A DNA stretch of 64,000 nt from Pseudomonadota bacterium (GCA_043809315.1 JAZDDX010000016.1:1-64000), one strand, 5' to 3'. Counted from the stretch's first letter, positions 27,741 to 38,308 are shown. The notes: generated by a model not told the origin, from the sequence alone. Made by a program: numbers and translations.

Positions 27741-29894
27741 ATGTTCCAATTGACCCCCCACATCATTCATCGGATTACAGAGACGGTGCGAACCCGGATC
27801 TCCTCTTCGAAGGGTGAAGCCGCGCCGCAGCGTCGACCGTTTTCAGGATCCTCCCCCCTTTTTGATCGTTCGATCGAACCGCGGATCGCCGACTCGATCG
27901 TGAAAGCGGAGGAACATCTCGACACACTCCAACAGCCGGACGGTTATTGGGAAGCACGCGTCTACGACAATGTCACGATGACCGCCGAGTACGTCATGAC
28001 ACTTCGGTTTCTCGGTCTCCTCGACGACGAACTGAAGGTGAAAGCGAGACAAACGATCCTCGATTGTCAGCTCGAAAACGGCGGGTGGAATATCTACGGC
28101 GGAGGCCCCGCCGATCATTCGTCGACGGTCGAGGCGTACTTCGCCCTCAAGCTCTGCGGATTGACGACGCGACATCGCGCTCTGAAAGCGGCCCGCGAGC
28201 GGATCGTCGAAAACGGCGGGATCGCCACCGCACGGGTCTTCACGAAGATCCAGCTGGCGCTCTTCGGAGAATACCCTTGGGATCTGATCCCCGTCATCAA
28301 TCCGGAGTTGATGCTTCTCCCGAAGAAGGCGCCGATCAACATCTACGAGCTGTCGAGCTGGTCGCGCTCCGTGGTGATCCCGCTTCTCATCATCTTCGAC
28401 CGGAAACCGGTCTGCGTTCTCGAGAAGAACGAGACGATCTCTGAGCTGGTCGTTCCAACGACGAAGAAGAGCGCGCAGGAGCGGATCAACCGGATCCTGA
28501 AAGAGCGAAGGGTCAATTTCGGCGAGATCTTTGAAATGGCGCGCAGCACGCGCGACCAGATCCGGCAAATCCTCAGAACCCGGAAGGTCGACCTCGAACA
28601 GATCTTCCAGGTGACCCAACTCGCCCTCTCCACGTACGAGCGGATCCCGATGAAGCCGCTCCGGAGCCGCGCGCTCAAGCTTGCGGAGGATTGGATCCTC
28701 GAGCATCAGGACCCGAAAGGGAATTGGGGCGGGATCTTTCCCGCGATGGCGAACTCCCTGATGGCTCTTAAGCTGCGGGGGTACCCGCTCACGCATCCCG
28801 CGATGCAGAACGGCCTCCAGGCGCTCCGCTCCTTCGCCGAAGAGAACGACGAGGCGTTCCGGATGCAGTCGACGGTGTCTCCGGTCTGGGACACGGCGAT
28901 CATCGCGTACGCGATGACGGAAGCCGCGCGCACGCCGGAAAATCCGATGATCCGCCGCGCGATCGACTATCTCCTCAAGGAGCAGATCCTTCACGTCAAC
29001 GGCGATTGGAAGTTCAAGGCGAAGAAGTGCCGTCCCGGAGGATGGCCGTTCGAGCACGAGAACGACCGGTACCCCGACATCGATGATTCGGCGTACGCGA
29101 TCCTCGCGCTGCTGCCGCACGAGAACGACCCGAAACTTTCCAAGCGGATCGAGCCGGCGATCGATCGCGGGATCGAGTGGCTCCTCGGTATGCAGGGAAG
29201 CGACGGGGGATGGGGGGCGTTCGACCGGGACAACAACCGCCATGTCTTGAACGAGATCCCGTTTGCGGATCTCAAGTCGTTGATCGACCCGAGCACGCCG
29301 GACGTGACCGGACACGTGATCGAGGCGTTGGGGGCGACCGGGATGAAGAGAAGCGCCGCCCCGATCGAGAAGGCGGTTGCATTTCTCCGGAAAACGCAAA
29401 AAGAGGACGGTTCCTGGTTCGGACGTTGGGGGGTCGCATACATCTACGGAACCGGCGCGGTATTGAGCGGTCTCAAGGTCGCCGGCGAAAAGATGGACCA
29501 TCGCTACATCGAACGGGCCGTCCGATGGCTGGAAGAGATCCAGAACGACGACGGCGGTTGGGGGGAATCGTGTGCGGCGTACGACAAGAAGGAGTACGTC
29601 CCTCTCGGAAACTCGACGGCGAGCCAGACCGCTTGGGCGCTTCTGGGGCTTCTTGCCTGCCCGAGCGCGAGCGATGAAGCGATCGAGCGAGCGATTACGT
29701 ACCTCTTGAGGACACAACTTTCGGACGGAAGTTGGGAGGAGCCGGAGTGGACCGGCACCGGTTTCCCGAGACATTTCTACCTCCGGTACGACTACTATCG
29801 CCTCTACTGGCCGCTCCTGGCCCTCGGCCGGTATGCTCGGCGGCTGGGTGAACCACGTCCCGCTGCCGAAATTCGGCCACCCGTTTCCGCCTGA
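27741..29894 (+). CDS. shc: Squalene-hopene cyclase
   Basis: QW repeats (QxxDGxW), SPVWDT, DIDD catalytic motif, GTGFP..FYL.Y..Y. Confidence 0.95.
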   Translation: MFQLTPHIIHRITETVRTRISSSKGEAAPQRRPFSGSSPLFDRSIEPRIADSIVKAEEHLDTLQQPDGYWEARVYDNVTMTAEYVMTLRFLGLLDDELKVKARQTILDCQLENGGWNIYGGGPADHSSTVEAYFALKLCGLTTRHRALKAARERIVENGGIATARVFTKIQLALFGEYPWDLIPVINPELMLLPKKAPINIYELSSWSRSVVIPLLIIFDRKPVCVLEKNETISELVVPTTKKSAQERINRILKERRVNFGEIFEMARSTRDQIRQILRTRKVDLEQIFQVTQLALSTYERIPMKPLRSRALKLAEDWILEHQDPKGNWGGIFPAMANSLMALKLRGYPLTHPAMQNGLQALRSFAEENDEAFRMQSTVSPVWDTAIIAYAMTEAARTPENPMIRRAIDYLLKEQILHVNGDWKFKAKKCRPGGWPFEHENDRYPDIDDSAYAILALLPHENDPKLSKRIEPAIDRGIEWLLGMQGSDGGWGAFDRDNNRHVLNEIPFADLKSLIDPSTPDVTGHVIEALGATGMKRSAAPIEKAVAFLRKTQKEDGSWFGRWGVAYIYGTGAVLSGLKVAGEKMDHRYIERAVRWLEEIQNDDGGWGESCAAYDKKEYVPLGNSTASQTAWALLGLLACPSASDEAIERAITYLLRTQLSDGSWEEPEWTGTGFPRHFYLRYDYYRLYWPLLALGRYARRLGEPRPAAEIRPPVSA

Positions 29895-29940
29895 AGCCTC
29901 GTTTTATCCTTTAATTTAGATTACTTGTCCTGGGCGCCTC

Positions 29941-29955
29941 TGGCATGCCCCTTGC
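29941..29955 (+). promoter_or_regulatory. Sigma54 (-24/-12) promoter
   Basis: TGGCATGCCCCTTGC = GG-N10-GC consensus, upstream of the GGAGG RBS and ATG 29983. Confidence 0.7.
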
Positions 29956-29982
29956 GGATACTACGCTGGACGGAGGTCTTAT

Positions 29983-30645
29983 ATGCGTAGATTCGGCACA
30001 TCGATCCTCGCCTCAACCCTGACGGCGCTCCTCTTTGCGCCCCTCGCATCGGCCGATTCGAGCAATCCGTTCCAGAAGAGCGCCCCGAGAAACAGGCCGC
30101 CCATGAAAAGCCAGATGCAAAGAGACGGTAACGGAAATTCCGGAAGCACCGTAGGATCCGGTATCGGGTACAGCGTTTCGTCTCGAAATCTCGGAGCGGC
30201 GTCGGAAGCGCTCGTCGATGCTGGAGTCGAGTCGTTCACCGTCGTCACGGATGACCGAGGGCCGATCATCTGCCTCCGGGCTGGAAGCAAACAAGATGCG
30301 ATCACTGCCCTTACGGATAACGGCGCTAAGAAGATCTCGACCTCGCTCTGTTCAGGACGAGCCAGACAAGCTGGCCAAACCGTTCAACGGAACAGCCCAA
30401 CGAGCAGATCCACCAACCGAGAGCTGGCCGCCGAAAGAGTGCGAGCACGGAATGCCGCCCGACAGCAAAGGCAAGGCGCCAGCGGAGGAAATCCTATCGA
30501 AAATGGCAGGACCGGCGTCGGAGCGACCATCAATGAAGTGGACGGCTACGTCGAAGCCGCGACCGATCTCGTTGACGATGTCGGCGATCTATTCAGTTCA
30601 GACGAAAAAAAGTCCGACGAAGATAAATCGGATTCAGAGGAATAA
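29983..30645 (+). CDS. Secreted hypothetical protein
   Basis: RBS GGAGG, Sec signal peptide (..PLASA|D), low-complexity termini. Confidence 0.7.
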   Translation: MRRFGTSILASTLTALLFAPLASADSSNPFQKSAPRNRPPMKSQMQRDGNGNSGSTVGSGIGYSVSSRNLGAASEALVDAGVESFTVVTDDRGPIICLRAGSKQDAITALTDNGAKKISTSLCSGRARQAGQTVQRNSPTSRSTNRELAAERVRARNAARQQRQGASGGNPIENGRTGVGATINEVDGYVEAATDLVDDVGDLFSSDEKKSDEDKSDSEE

Positions 30646-31326
30646 GTAAGAATCGATCGATCGGAAGACCGTCATCCCATCCGTATTCCCGAGCAATTCG
30701 TCCGCACACCGTTCCGGGTGCGGCATCAGACCGAATACGTTCCCTTTCGGATTCACGATCCCGGCGATCGCGTTCGTTGAACCGTTCGCATTGAACTCGT
30801 CTGACAACTCCCCGTTCGGGCCGCAGTAGCGCAGAAGAACCCGTCCCTCTTTCTCCAGCGCAGCGATTGTCGCTTCGTCGGCGATGTACCGCCCCTCCGA
30901 GTGAGCGATCGGCATCCGAAGAACCTGTCCCTTCGTCCCTTTCGAGAGGAATGGCGGTTTATCTGATTCCACCTTCACGTGAACGTCGTGGCATTGGAAA
31001 TGGAGCGAGGAGTTCTTGACGAGAGCTCCGGGAAGAAACCCGGCTTCGACCAGAATCTGGAACCCGTTGCAGATCCCCAAGACCAGCCCCCCGCGGTCGA
31101 TGAACTCGCCTAGGCTTTGGACTGCCGGGGAGATCTTCGCCATCGCCCCCGCACGAAGGTAATCGCCGTACGAGAATCCTCCCGGGAGGACCACCATTTT
31201 GTAGTCGTTCCGGATCGGCTCATCGTGCCAGTGGAAGGTAACCGAACGCTTGAGCCGTTCGAAAACGGCATAGGCGTCCCGATCGCAGTTCGAACCGGGG
31301 AAGACCACGACAGCAACATCGGCCAT
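30634..31326 (-). CDS. purQ: Phosphoribosylformylglycinamidine synthase glutaminase subunit
   Basis: FPGSNCD, PGGFSYGDYLR, GICNGFQ, MPHPER. Confidence 0.96.
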   Translation of the reverse strand: MADVAVVVFPGSNCDRDAYAVFERLKRSVTFHWHDEPIRNDYKMVVLPGGFSYGDYLRAGAMAKISPAVQSLGEFIDRGGLVLGICNGFQILVEAGFLPGALVKNSSLHFQCHDVHVKVESDKPPFLSKGTKGQVLRMPIAHSEGRYIADEATIAALEKEGRVLLRYCGPNGELSDEFNANGSTNAIAGIVNPKGNVFGLMPHPERCADELLGNTDGMTVFRSIDSYLFL

Positions 31327-31360
31327 AGGCGGGGGCACTCTAGCGGTGTATGGTTCGCTT

Positions 31361-31933
31361 GTGAAGACCATCGGTTTGACGGGGGGGGTGGCGTGCGGGA
31401 AGAGCACGGTGGCCGAGTGCTTCGCGGAAAAAGGGATTCCGGTCATCGACAGCGATGCAATCGCTCGCGCGCTTTTGGACGGAAGTCCCCTCATCCAGGC
31501 ACAGATCCATACGGCGTTCGGAACGGTCGAGCGGAAGGCTCTTCGTAGGATCATATTCGGCGATATTTCGAAACGAGCTCAACTGGAGAGGATCCTTCAC
31601 CCCCCGATTCTCGGGGAGATCCGCCGTAGGGTCGAAGAGTTCCGGAAGAAGAGTTCGCCACCGAAAGGGGTGATTCTCGTGATTCCTCTTCTCTATGAGA
31701 CGGAAGGAGAGAGTTGGGTCGATGAGGTCATCGCGGTAGTGAGCCGGCGGGAAAACCAAGTCGCTCGTCTTAAATCACGCGACGGCGCGACCGATAAACT
31801 GGCCGCGCAGATGATCGACGCGCAGATGCCGAATGACGAAAAAGCTAGTCGGGCCCATCATGTCATTCAAAACAACGGGACGCTCGACCAGTTACAGAAC
31901 ACCGTCGATACGTTGATTTCGAAACTGTTTTAG
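31361..31933 (+). CDS. coaE: Dephospho-CoA kinase
   Basis: IGLTGGVACGKST, LERILHP, IPLLYE. Confidence 0.93.
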   Translation: MKTIGLTGGVACGKSTVAECFAEKGIPVIDSDAIARALLDGSPLIQAQIHTAFGTVERKALRRIIFGDISKRAQLERILHPPILGEIRRRVEEFRKKSSPPKGVILVIPLLYETEGESWVDEVIAVVSRRENQVARLKSRDGATDKLAAQMIDAQMPNDEKASRAHHVIQNNGTLDQLQNTVDTLISKLF

Positions 31934-32274
31934 TGAAGCGTCCGCTCGACCGGCTCTTCCGGGTTTTCTTCCAGGAGCTGGAAGTAGCCGAAGATCATCG
32001 CCTGCTGAATCTCCTCGGGTAGCGTGGAGATGTAATCTCGCTTCTCTTCGAAGCTCTCGAACGAGAGCGATCGATTGAGTGCCGTGTTGATTTCATCCAG
32101 CTTCTCGCGGAAAAGGCGGAACAGTTCTTCCTGTCCCTTGGTGAACGTCACACGGATCGCCTCCGACTTGAAGAGAAGGTGGTTCCCTTTCCTCCCCTCC
32201 TCGAGAATGAACTTGAACTTCGCGATCTCGTGCATCGTCTTTTCGACCGTCAATTTACCGGCGGGCTGATCCAC
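31930..32274 (-). CDS. Hypothetical protein
   Basis: 114-aa ORF with host-like codon usage filling the gap. Confidence 0.65.
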   Translation of the reverse strand: MDQPAGKLTVEKTMHEIAKFKFILEEGRKGNHLLFKSEAIRVTFTKGQEELFRLFREKLDEINTALNRSLSFESFEEKRDYISTLPEEIQQAMIFGYFQLLEENPEEPVERTLH

Positions 32275-32457
32275 ATCCCAAATATATGTACGGTTCCCTG
32301 GGCGTCAAGGGGACCGAAGATCGAACCCCGGGGGTCCGAAGTTCAGACCCTCGGTTCTCCAAGGCCGTTGTAACCACTCAGAACGGCTCGATTCCTATTC
32401 TGGCATCCGAAATGCTCCAAGGAATGCACATGTTTCACCTCCTTCCCCGGCTACCCC

Positions 32458-32485
32458 TTGATGATTATACCAATTTAGGTATATT
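32458..32485 (+). promoter_or_regulatory. Promoter with operator palindrome for the TA operon (probably leaderless)
   Basis: TTGATG-N16-TATATT; TATACC-N6-GGTATA palindrome 32466-32483; ATG at 32490 with no RBS. Confidence 0.55.
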
Positions 32486-32489
32486 CTAG

Positions 32490-32756
32490 ATGAAGAAGTG
32501 TTGGGTCGTTGTCGTGGACAAACGTGTGGGAAAGCAGCTCAGGAAACTCCCTAAACAGATCGTGGAAATTCTTGCGCAGTTAAGACATGACCTGGAAGAG
32601 GAGGGCCCGATGCCCAAAGGTTGGATCACGAAACATGTCCATGGGAGGCCGGGTCTGTTCTCAGCGAGATTAAAGAGGGAATACCGCGCCCTCTATGAGG
32701 TGGCCGATCCGACCATTGCGCTGATCTCGGTCGCCCATCGGAAGGAGGTCTATTAA
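32490..32756 (+). CDS. RelE/HigB-like type II toxin
   Basis: 88-aa basic protein, KQLRKLP..SARL..EYRALY..VAHRKEVY. Confidence 0.8.
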   Translation: MKKCWVVVVDKRVGKQLRKLPKQIVEILAQLRHDLEEEGPMPKGWITKHVHGRPGLFSARLKREYRALYEVADPTIALISVAHRKEVY

Positions 32757-32758
32757 GA

Positions 32759-33127
32759 ATGTCCGGCAAACAGCTTGTGGGAATGGTCCTGAAAAGGCAC
32801 CCGGAACTGGGCAAATTGCCCGACCGCCAACTCCGCCTCGTGCGAACCGCCCTCGAAGAGATCGCCTCCCTCTCTTCGCAACAGACTCTATCCCCAAAGG
32901 AGACGGCTCGCCTTTTTCGGGGCTTCGTTTCTGATTCCGGGAAACCTTCGGCTGCCCTTCGAGCGTATCGATACCGCCTTGGGCTGACACAGGTCGAGCT
33001 GTCCGCGAAGTGTAGAATCCCTCAGCCACACATCTCAGCCATGGAAGCGGGGCGGAGGACGATCGGCTTGTCCGCCGCAAAGAAACTGGCGCTGGCCTTG
33101 GGCGTCGATTTTCGAAAAATGATTTGA
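32759..33127 (+). CDS. XRE-family HTH antitoxin (HigA-like)
   Basis: LTQVELS..IPQPHISAMEAGRR..AKKLA HTH; lies downstream of the toxin. Confidence 0.8.
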   Translation: MSGKQLVGMVLKRHPELGKLPDRQLRLVRTALEEIASLSSQQTLSPKETARLFRGFVSDSGKPSAALRAYRYRLGLTQVELSAKCRIPQPHISAMEAGRRTIGLSAAKKLALALGVDFRKMI

Positions 33128-33132
33128 ATAGC

Positions 33133-33996
33133 TCAGCTTGGCGCCCGGAGGGCGTGGCCGAGCTTGGACATGATCTGGTAGAGAATCTCCTTCGCGTCGC
33201 AACGGTGGACGATCCGGTCGAGCATGCCGTGCTCCAGCAGGAACTCCGCGCGCTGGAATCCCTCGGGGAGCTTCTCCTTGATCGTCTGCTCGATGACGCG
33301 GGGGCCTGCGAAACCGATCAACGATTTCGGCTCGGCGATCTGGACATCCCCCAGCATTGCGCAGGAGGCCGCCACCCCCCCCGTCGTCGGGTCGGTCAGG
33401 AAACAAACGAACGGCACTCCGCTTCGCCTCATCCGGGCCAATGCCGCACTCGATTTCGCCATTTGCATCAGCGAAAGAATCCCCTCCTGCATCCGCGCCC
33501 CGCCGCTCGTCGTGATCACCAGACACGGCTTCCGTTCCAAATGCGCCAACTCGAACGTCCGGGTGAGCTTCTCCCCCACCACGGAGCCCATGCTCCCCCC
33601 CATGAACTCGAAAATGAACGTCCCGCAGACGATCTCGAGGTCCTTGATCCGCCCGCGGCCGTAGACGTACGCCTCTTTCTCCTCCCCCGCCTTTTCGTAC
33701 GCCTTGATCCGATCCCGGTATTTCTTGAGATCGCGGAACTCGAGCGGGTCGGCCGCCGTCATGTTCGCGTCCAGTTCTTCGAAGCTCCCCGGTTCGAGGA
33801 TAATGTTCAGCCGCTCCCGCGAATCGATCCGGAAATGGTGCTGGCACTTCGGACAGACCATCAGGTTCTTCTTCAGATCGTCGTGGAACATGATCTCGGA
33901 GCAGGTCGGGCACTTCGTCCAGAGCCCTTCCGGGAAACTCCCCTTCTCCCCGGTCGCATCGATCTTGGGTGCTTTGATTTTCTCGATCCAGGACAT
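33133..33996 (-). CDS. accD: Acetyl-CoA carboxylase carboxyltransferase beta subunit
   Basis: LWTKCPTC..CPKC zinc finger, GGSMG, SGGARMQEG, PTTGGV. Confidence 0.97.
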   Translation of the reverse strand: MSWIEKIKAPKIDATGEKGSFPEGLWTKCPTCSEIMFHDDLKKNLMVCPKCQHHFRIDSRERLNIILEPGSFEELDANMTAADPLEFRDLKKYRDRIKAYEKAGEEKEAYVYGRGRIKDLEIVCGTFIFEFMGGSMGSVVGEKLTRTFELAHLERKPCLVITTSGGARMQEGILSLMQMAKSSAALARMRRSGVPFVCFLTDPTTGGVAASCAMLGDVQIAEPKSLIGFAGPRVIEQTIKEKLPEGFQRAEFLLEHGMLDRIVHRCDAKEILYQIMSKLGHALRAPS

Positions 33997-33998
33997 CG

Positions 33999-34766
33999 TC
34001 AGAACTCCATCGTCATTCCCGGTTCCAGCATCCGGAGCCGCGGGTCGTCGATCTTTCGAAGTTCCGTCAGGATCTCTTGTTCGTACGGAGCTTTCAAGTG
34101 GTAGATGAAGATCGAGACCTCGTTGCCGCTGATCTTTCCGATTTCGCGGGAGAGCGTCTCGGACGTGTGATGCCCACTTTTCCGCGCTACGTCCGCCATC
34201 CGGTTCGGAAGCGAGCACTCGAGAAGGATCGCAACGATCTCGTTCCCGCGCCGGTTCGCTTCCTTCCAGACCGCGTCGGTCGGCCCGGTGTCCCCCGTAT
34301 AGAGAACCGTCCCTTTCGGCCCCTTGAAAAACATAGCCACGCACCCACCCAGATGGTTGACCGGAACCGCATGGACCTCGACCCCGCCCACATGGAACGG
34401 ACGCCCCGGCTCGAACACTTCATACCGGAGAATCGGTTTTGCTTGGGAGGGTAAAGAGGTGAAGTCGGGCCAGATCCTGTTGTTAAAAAGGTGTGCTCGT
34501 ATCGCCTCGATCGTTCCCGCCGTCCCGTGCACCGTGACGGGGTTTTGAAAAACAGCGAAGACGTTCTCGGAGAAGAACGCCAGATCCTTGGAGTGGTCCA
34601 GATGAGGATGGCTCAGGAGAATGTCGGTGATCGCGCCCTGCTCCTGCAAGGTCAGGCGGGAGGCGGCCGATCCCATGTCGACGAGAACCGATGAGTCGAT
34701 GAGAAAGCTGCAGGGATGGAACCGTCCCAGTTCGCTCCCCGAACTCCCCAGTACTTTGAAGATCAT
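33999..34766 (-). CDS. MBL-fold metallohydrolase, class II cAMP phosphodiesterase-like
   Basis: SHPHLDH, FNNRIWPDF, YTGDTG, YHLK. Confidence 0.82.
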   Translation of the reverse strand: MIFKVLGSSGSELGRFHPCSFLIDSSVLVDMGSAASRLTLQEQGAITDILLSHPHLDHSKDLAFFSENVFAVFQNPVTVHGTAGTIEAIRAHLFNNRIWPDFTSLPSQAKPILRYEVFEPGRPFHVGGVEVHAVPVNHLGGCVAMFFKGPKGTVLYTGDTGPTDAVWKEANRRGNEIVAILLECSLPNRMADVARKSGHHTSETLSREIGKISGNEVSIFIYHLKAPYEQEILTELRKIDDPRLRMLEPGMTMEF

Positions 34767-36040
34767 CTTGGTCCTTCCGCGCTTTCCGGAACCCGGATGA
34801 TGTCGGCGCCGACGGCCGACAACTTGGTTTCCATCCTCTCATACCCCCGATCCAAATGGTAGATCCGGAGGACCTCGGTCACTCCCTCGGCCGCCAGTCC
34901 CGCAAGAACCAGAGAAGCGCTGGCCCGCAGGTCGGTCGCCATTACGGGTGCCCCAATCAACTTCGGTACCCCCGTGACCGTCACGACCGATCCTTTCGTC
35001 TTTAAGTCGGCCCCCATCCGGATCAACTCGGAAACGTGCATGAACCGATTCTCGAAGATCGTTTCTTTGACAGTGCTCGTGCCGTTCGCGACACAGAGAA
35101 GGGAAATGAGTTGCGCCTGCATATCGGTGGGGAACGACGGGAAGGGAGCGGTCTCAAAATTCACCGCGCGAATTGGCCTCCGGCCGCGAACTCGAAGCCC
35201 ATGGGGATCTTCGATAATCTCCGTTCCGGTGTCCCGGAGTTTCGCAATGACGGCCGCGAGATGCGACGCATTCCCTTTCCGCAAAAAGAGTTCGCCGCCG
35301 GTGATCGCTCCCGCCACGAGGTAGGTCCCGGTTTCGATCCGATCCGGGATCAATTCGCAATCGAAACCGTCGGGGTCCGTGACCCCCTCCACCTCGATCG
35401 TCGTAGTTCCGATCCCTCCGATCTTGACTCCCATCGAAAGCAACGTCTCGGCGACCGCCGTCACCTCCGGCTCACGGGCGCAATTTTCGAACCGGCTGAC
35501 CCCTTCCGCGCGTGACGCTGCGATGATCGCATTCGCCGTGCCGGTAACGGTCACCGTTTCGAAACGGAACTTTCCGCCACGCAGACGGGCGGCTTTCGCT
35601 TCGACATACCCTTCACTTAAGTGAATTTCGGCCCCCAGCGCTTCGAACGCCTTCAGGTGCTGGTCGATCGGGCGAACCCCGATCGCGCACCCTCCCGGCA
35701 TCGAAACCCGGGCTCTGCCAAAACGGCCGAGGAGCGGTCCCAGAAGAAGGACTGAGGCACGCATCTTCCGAACGAAGTCGTACGGTGCTTCGGTCTGGGT
35801 TAATTCCTTCGATTGGATCTCGATCGTCCGCCCGGACGACCGCACGTCGGCCCCCAGAGCACGAAGAATCCCGACCATCGTCTGGACGTCCTGAAGATTG
35901 GGCAGGTTCGTGATCCGGCATCCCTTCGGCGTCAGAAGCGTCAACGCCAGGAGGGGCAGCGCTGCGTTTTTCGCGCCGCTGATTTCGATCTCTCCGCGGA
36001 GGGTCCGCCCCCCTTGGATTCGCATCCGGTCGAGTGACAT
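34763..36040 (-). CDS. murA: UDP-N-acetylglucosamine 1-carboxyvinyltransferase
   Basis: GAKNA, MRAS, PGGCAIG, FPTDMQ, FENRF, DLRA. Confidence 0.98.
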   Translation of the reverse strand: MSLDRMRIQGGRTLRGEIEISGAKNAALPLLALTLLTPKGCRITNLPNLQDVQTMVGILRALGADVRSSGRTIEIQSKELTQTEAPYDFVRKMRASVLLLGPLLGRFGRARVSMPGGCAIGVRPIDQHLKAFEALGAEIHLSEGYVEAKAARLRGGKFRFETVTVTGTANAIIAASRAEGVSRFENCAREPEVTAVAETLLSMGVKIGGIGTTTIEVEGVTDPDGFDCELIPDRIETGTYLVAGAITGGELFLRKGNASHLAAVIAKLRDTGTEIIEDPHGLRVRGRRPIRAVNFETAPFPSFPTDMQAQLISLLCVANGTSTVKETIFENRFMHVSELIRMGADLKTKGSVVTVTGVPKLIGAPVMATDLRASASLVLAGLAAEGVTEVLRIYHLDRGYERMETKLSAVGADIIRVPESAEGPR

Positions 36041-36047
36041 TCGTCTT

Positions 36048-36887
36048 TTACTCCGATCTCCCCACGATCACACGCGGGATCCCCGCGAGATCGCTCTGGG
36101 TCGATTCAATCGTGAACCCGGAGGTTTGCAACAACTTTCTGACTCCGTCCTCCTGGCCTTCGCCGATTTCGAGGAGAATCGATCCTCCCGGAATCAAACG
36201 AGTCCGCGCCTGCGGAATCAACCGTCGGAACAGATCGAGGCCGTCGGGCCCTCCATCTAATGCGAGACGGGGTTCAAAATTGCTGACCCCGGGGTCGCAT
36301 GTGATGATTTTACCTGTGGGAATATACGGAAGATTTGCCGTGACGACGGTGATTGCTTCATGGAAGTCAGCGAGCAGATCGCCCTGGAGCCAGCGGATGG
36401 AAACGGAGTTCCGCTCGGCGTTCCGACGTGCAACTGCGAGAGCCGCTTCGCTTACGTCGATCCCGGTCATGTCGAGCGTGGGGAGTTGCTTCTTGAGCGC
36501 GATGGCGATCGTGCCGGGGCCGGTTCCGACATCGACGACGCGTGCGGAGGGGGTCTCGGAGAGTTTCTCGAGCGCGATCTCGACCAGCCGTTCGGTCTCC
36601 GGACGGGGGATCAGGACCGAGCGGTCGACGAAAAACGGAAGGGAGAAGAACTCCCGTTCGCCGGTCAGATAGGCGACCGGCTCACCGCTCCTCCGACGTT
36701 CCACGAAACGCTCAAACTCGATCCGCTCCTCGTCGGGAAGAAGGTGATCGCGGTCGCGGAAGAGAGCGGTCCGGTCGATCTTGAGAACGAAAGAGAGAAG
36801 GAGTTCCGCCGAGAGCCGGGCATCCGGCCCACCGAACTCGCGAAGGGTATCTTGGGCCCGGGCCAGAGACTCGGACCGGGTGGTCAA
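36048..36887 (-). CDS. prmC: Release factor glutamine methyltransferase
   Basis: [22 protein letters not shown]. Confidence 0.95.
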   Translation of the reverse strand: MTTRSESLARAQDTLREFGGPDARLSAELLLSFVLKIDRTALFRDRDHLLPDEERIEFERFVERRRSGEPVAYLTGEREFFSLPFFVDRSVLIPRPETERLVEIALEKLSETPSARVVDVGTGPGTIAIALKKQLPTLDMTGIDVSEAALAVARRNAERNSVSIRWLQGDLLADFHEAITVVTANLPYIPTGKIITCDPGVSNFEPRLALDGGPDGLDLFRRLIPQARTRLIPGGSILLEIGEGQEDGVRKLLQTSGFTIESTQSDLAGIPRVIVGRSE

Positions 36888-37954
36888 TTCGCCCCTTCCC
36901 CTTTGAGCGCTTCGGTCTGGTAGTAGGTCCGGAGTGCCATGACGATCTCGGCGAGATCCCCCTCCATCACCTGATCCAAGCGGTGGAGCGTGAGCCCGAT
37001 CCGGTGGTCGGTGATCCGATTCTGCGGGAAGTTGTAGGTCCGGATCCGTTGGCTCCGGTCCCCCGATCCGACCATCAGTTTCCGGGCGGAGGAGATCTCC
37101 GCGTCCTGTTTCGCCTGTTCTGCTTCGAGCAGACGGGCACGAAGAACCCGAAGCGCCTTTGCCTTGTTCTTGTGCTGCGACTTCTCATCCTGGCATATGA
37201 CAATGAGACCGGTCGGGATGTGAGTGATCCGGACCGCCGAGTCGGTGGTGTTGACGCTCTGGCCCCCCGGGCCACCGGCGCGCATGACGTCGATGCGGAG
37301 ATCCTTCTCTTCGATTTTGATCTCGACCTCTTCCGCTTCCGGAAGAACCGCGACAGTAACCGCGGAGGTGTGGATCCGGCCACTTCCTTCCGTGGCTGGG
37401 ACCCGCTGGACCCGGTGAACCCCTCCCTCGTATTTCAAATGGCTGTACGCCCCGTGCGCTTCCACGAAAACGACCGCATCTTTGATTCCGCCAAGGCCGG
37501 TTTCGCTCTTCGTCATCACCTCGACGCGCCAGCTGTTCCGTTCGGCGTACCGAAGGTAGAGACGAAGCAGTTCCGCTGCAAAGAGCGCCGCCTCCTCCCC
37601 GCCGGTTCCAGCACGGATTTCGAGGAAGACGCTCTTTTCGTCATTCGGATCCTTCGGAAGCAAGAGAAGCTGGAGAGCCTTCTCGAGTTTCTCTTTTTGT
37701 GCGTCGAGCGAGGTGAGCTCCTGCCGGGCGAGATCCGCCATCTCCGGATCGGCCCCATTGCTCAGCTCGTGCGCCTGCTCAACTTCTGCCGAAACCCTCC
37801 GGTACTCGCGATAGGTCTCGACGACCTGACGGAGGTCGGAGAACTCTTTGGAGAGTTTCTGGAATTCGTCCTGACGGGCGATGACGTTCGGATCCGAGAG
37901 TCGAACGGAGAGTTCTTCGTACCGCAGCTCGACGGCTTCCAAGCGGGAAAACAA
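36884..37954 (-). CDS. prfA: Peptide chain release factor 1
   Basis: GGQ motif, PAT peptide anticodon (VPATE), RTYNFPQ. Confidence 0.97.
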   Translation of the reverse strand: MFSRLEAVELRYEELSVRLSDPNVIARQDEFQKLSKEFSDLRQVVETYREYRRVSAEVEQAHELSNGADPEMADLARQELTSLDAQKEKLEKALQLLLLPKDPNDEKSVFLEIRAGTGGEEAALFAAELLRLYLRYAERNSWRVEVMTKSETGLGGIKDAVVFVEAHGAYSHLKYEGGVHRVQRVPATEGSGRIHTSAVTVAVLPEAEEVEIKIEEKDLRIDVMRAGGPGGQSVNTTDSAVRITHIPTGLIVICQDEKSQHKNKAKALRVLRARLLEAEQAKQDAEISSARKLMVGSGDRSQRIRTYNFPQNRITDHRIGLTLHRLDQVMEGDLAEIVMALRTYYQTEALKGEGAN

Positions 37955-37963
37955 TGGATGCTT

Positions 37964-38179
37964 CTAGTTGGAAGTCTTCGGCGAGGCGCCGTACTTCTTC
38001 CGGAAACGGTCGATCCGTCCGGCGGTGTCCATCAACTTCTGCGTGCCTGTGAACAACGGGTGGCATTTCGAGCAGATTTCCACCCGAATGTTCTTCTTGG
38101 TCGAGCGGGTGTTGATCACGCTTCCGCAGGCGCAGGTGATCGTCGTGGCGACATATTCGGGGTGAATTTTCTCTCGCAT
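37964..38179 (-). CDS. rpmE: 50S ribosomal protein L31 (Zn-binding type)
   Basis: [19 protein letters not shown]. Confidence 0.97.
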   Translation of the reverse strand: MREKIHPEYVATTITCACGSVINTRSTKKNIRVEICSKCHPLFTGTQKLMDTAGRIDRFRKKYGASPKTSN

Positions 38180-38308
38180 ACGTGGTTTCTCCCTAACCCT
38201 TCAAAAAGGCTGCGCTTTGTAGCATACGTCCCCGGGCGGAGCAACTGGAGAAAGAGACGAAAAGTTGGATTCCTTCCGGGCCAAAAATGGTAAAAGAAAC
38301 GACCGGTT

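Noticed and set aside
32309-32388. Small hairpins with a GGTTCGATC motif upstream of the TA module (tRNA remnant?)
   Set aside because: No cloverleaf or CCA can be built; short GC stems are expected by chance.
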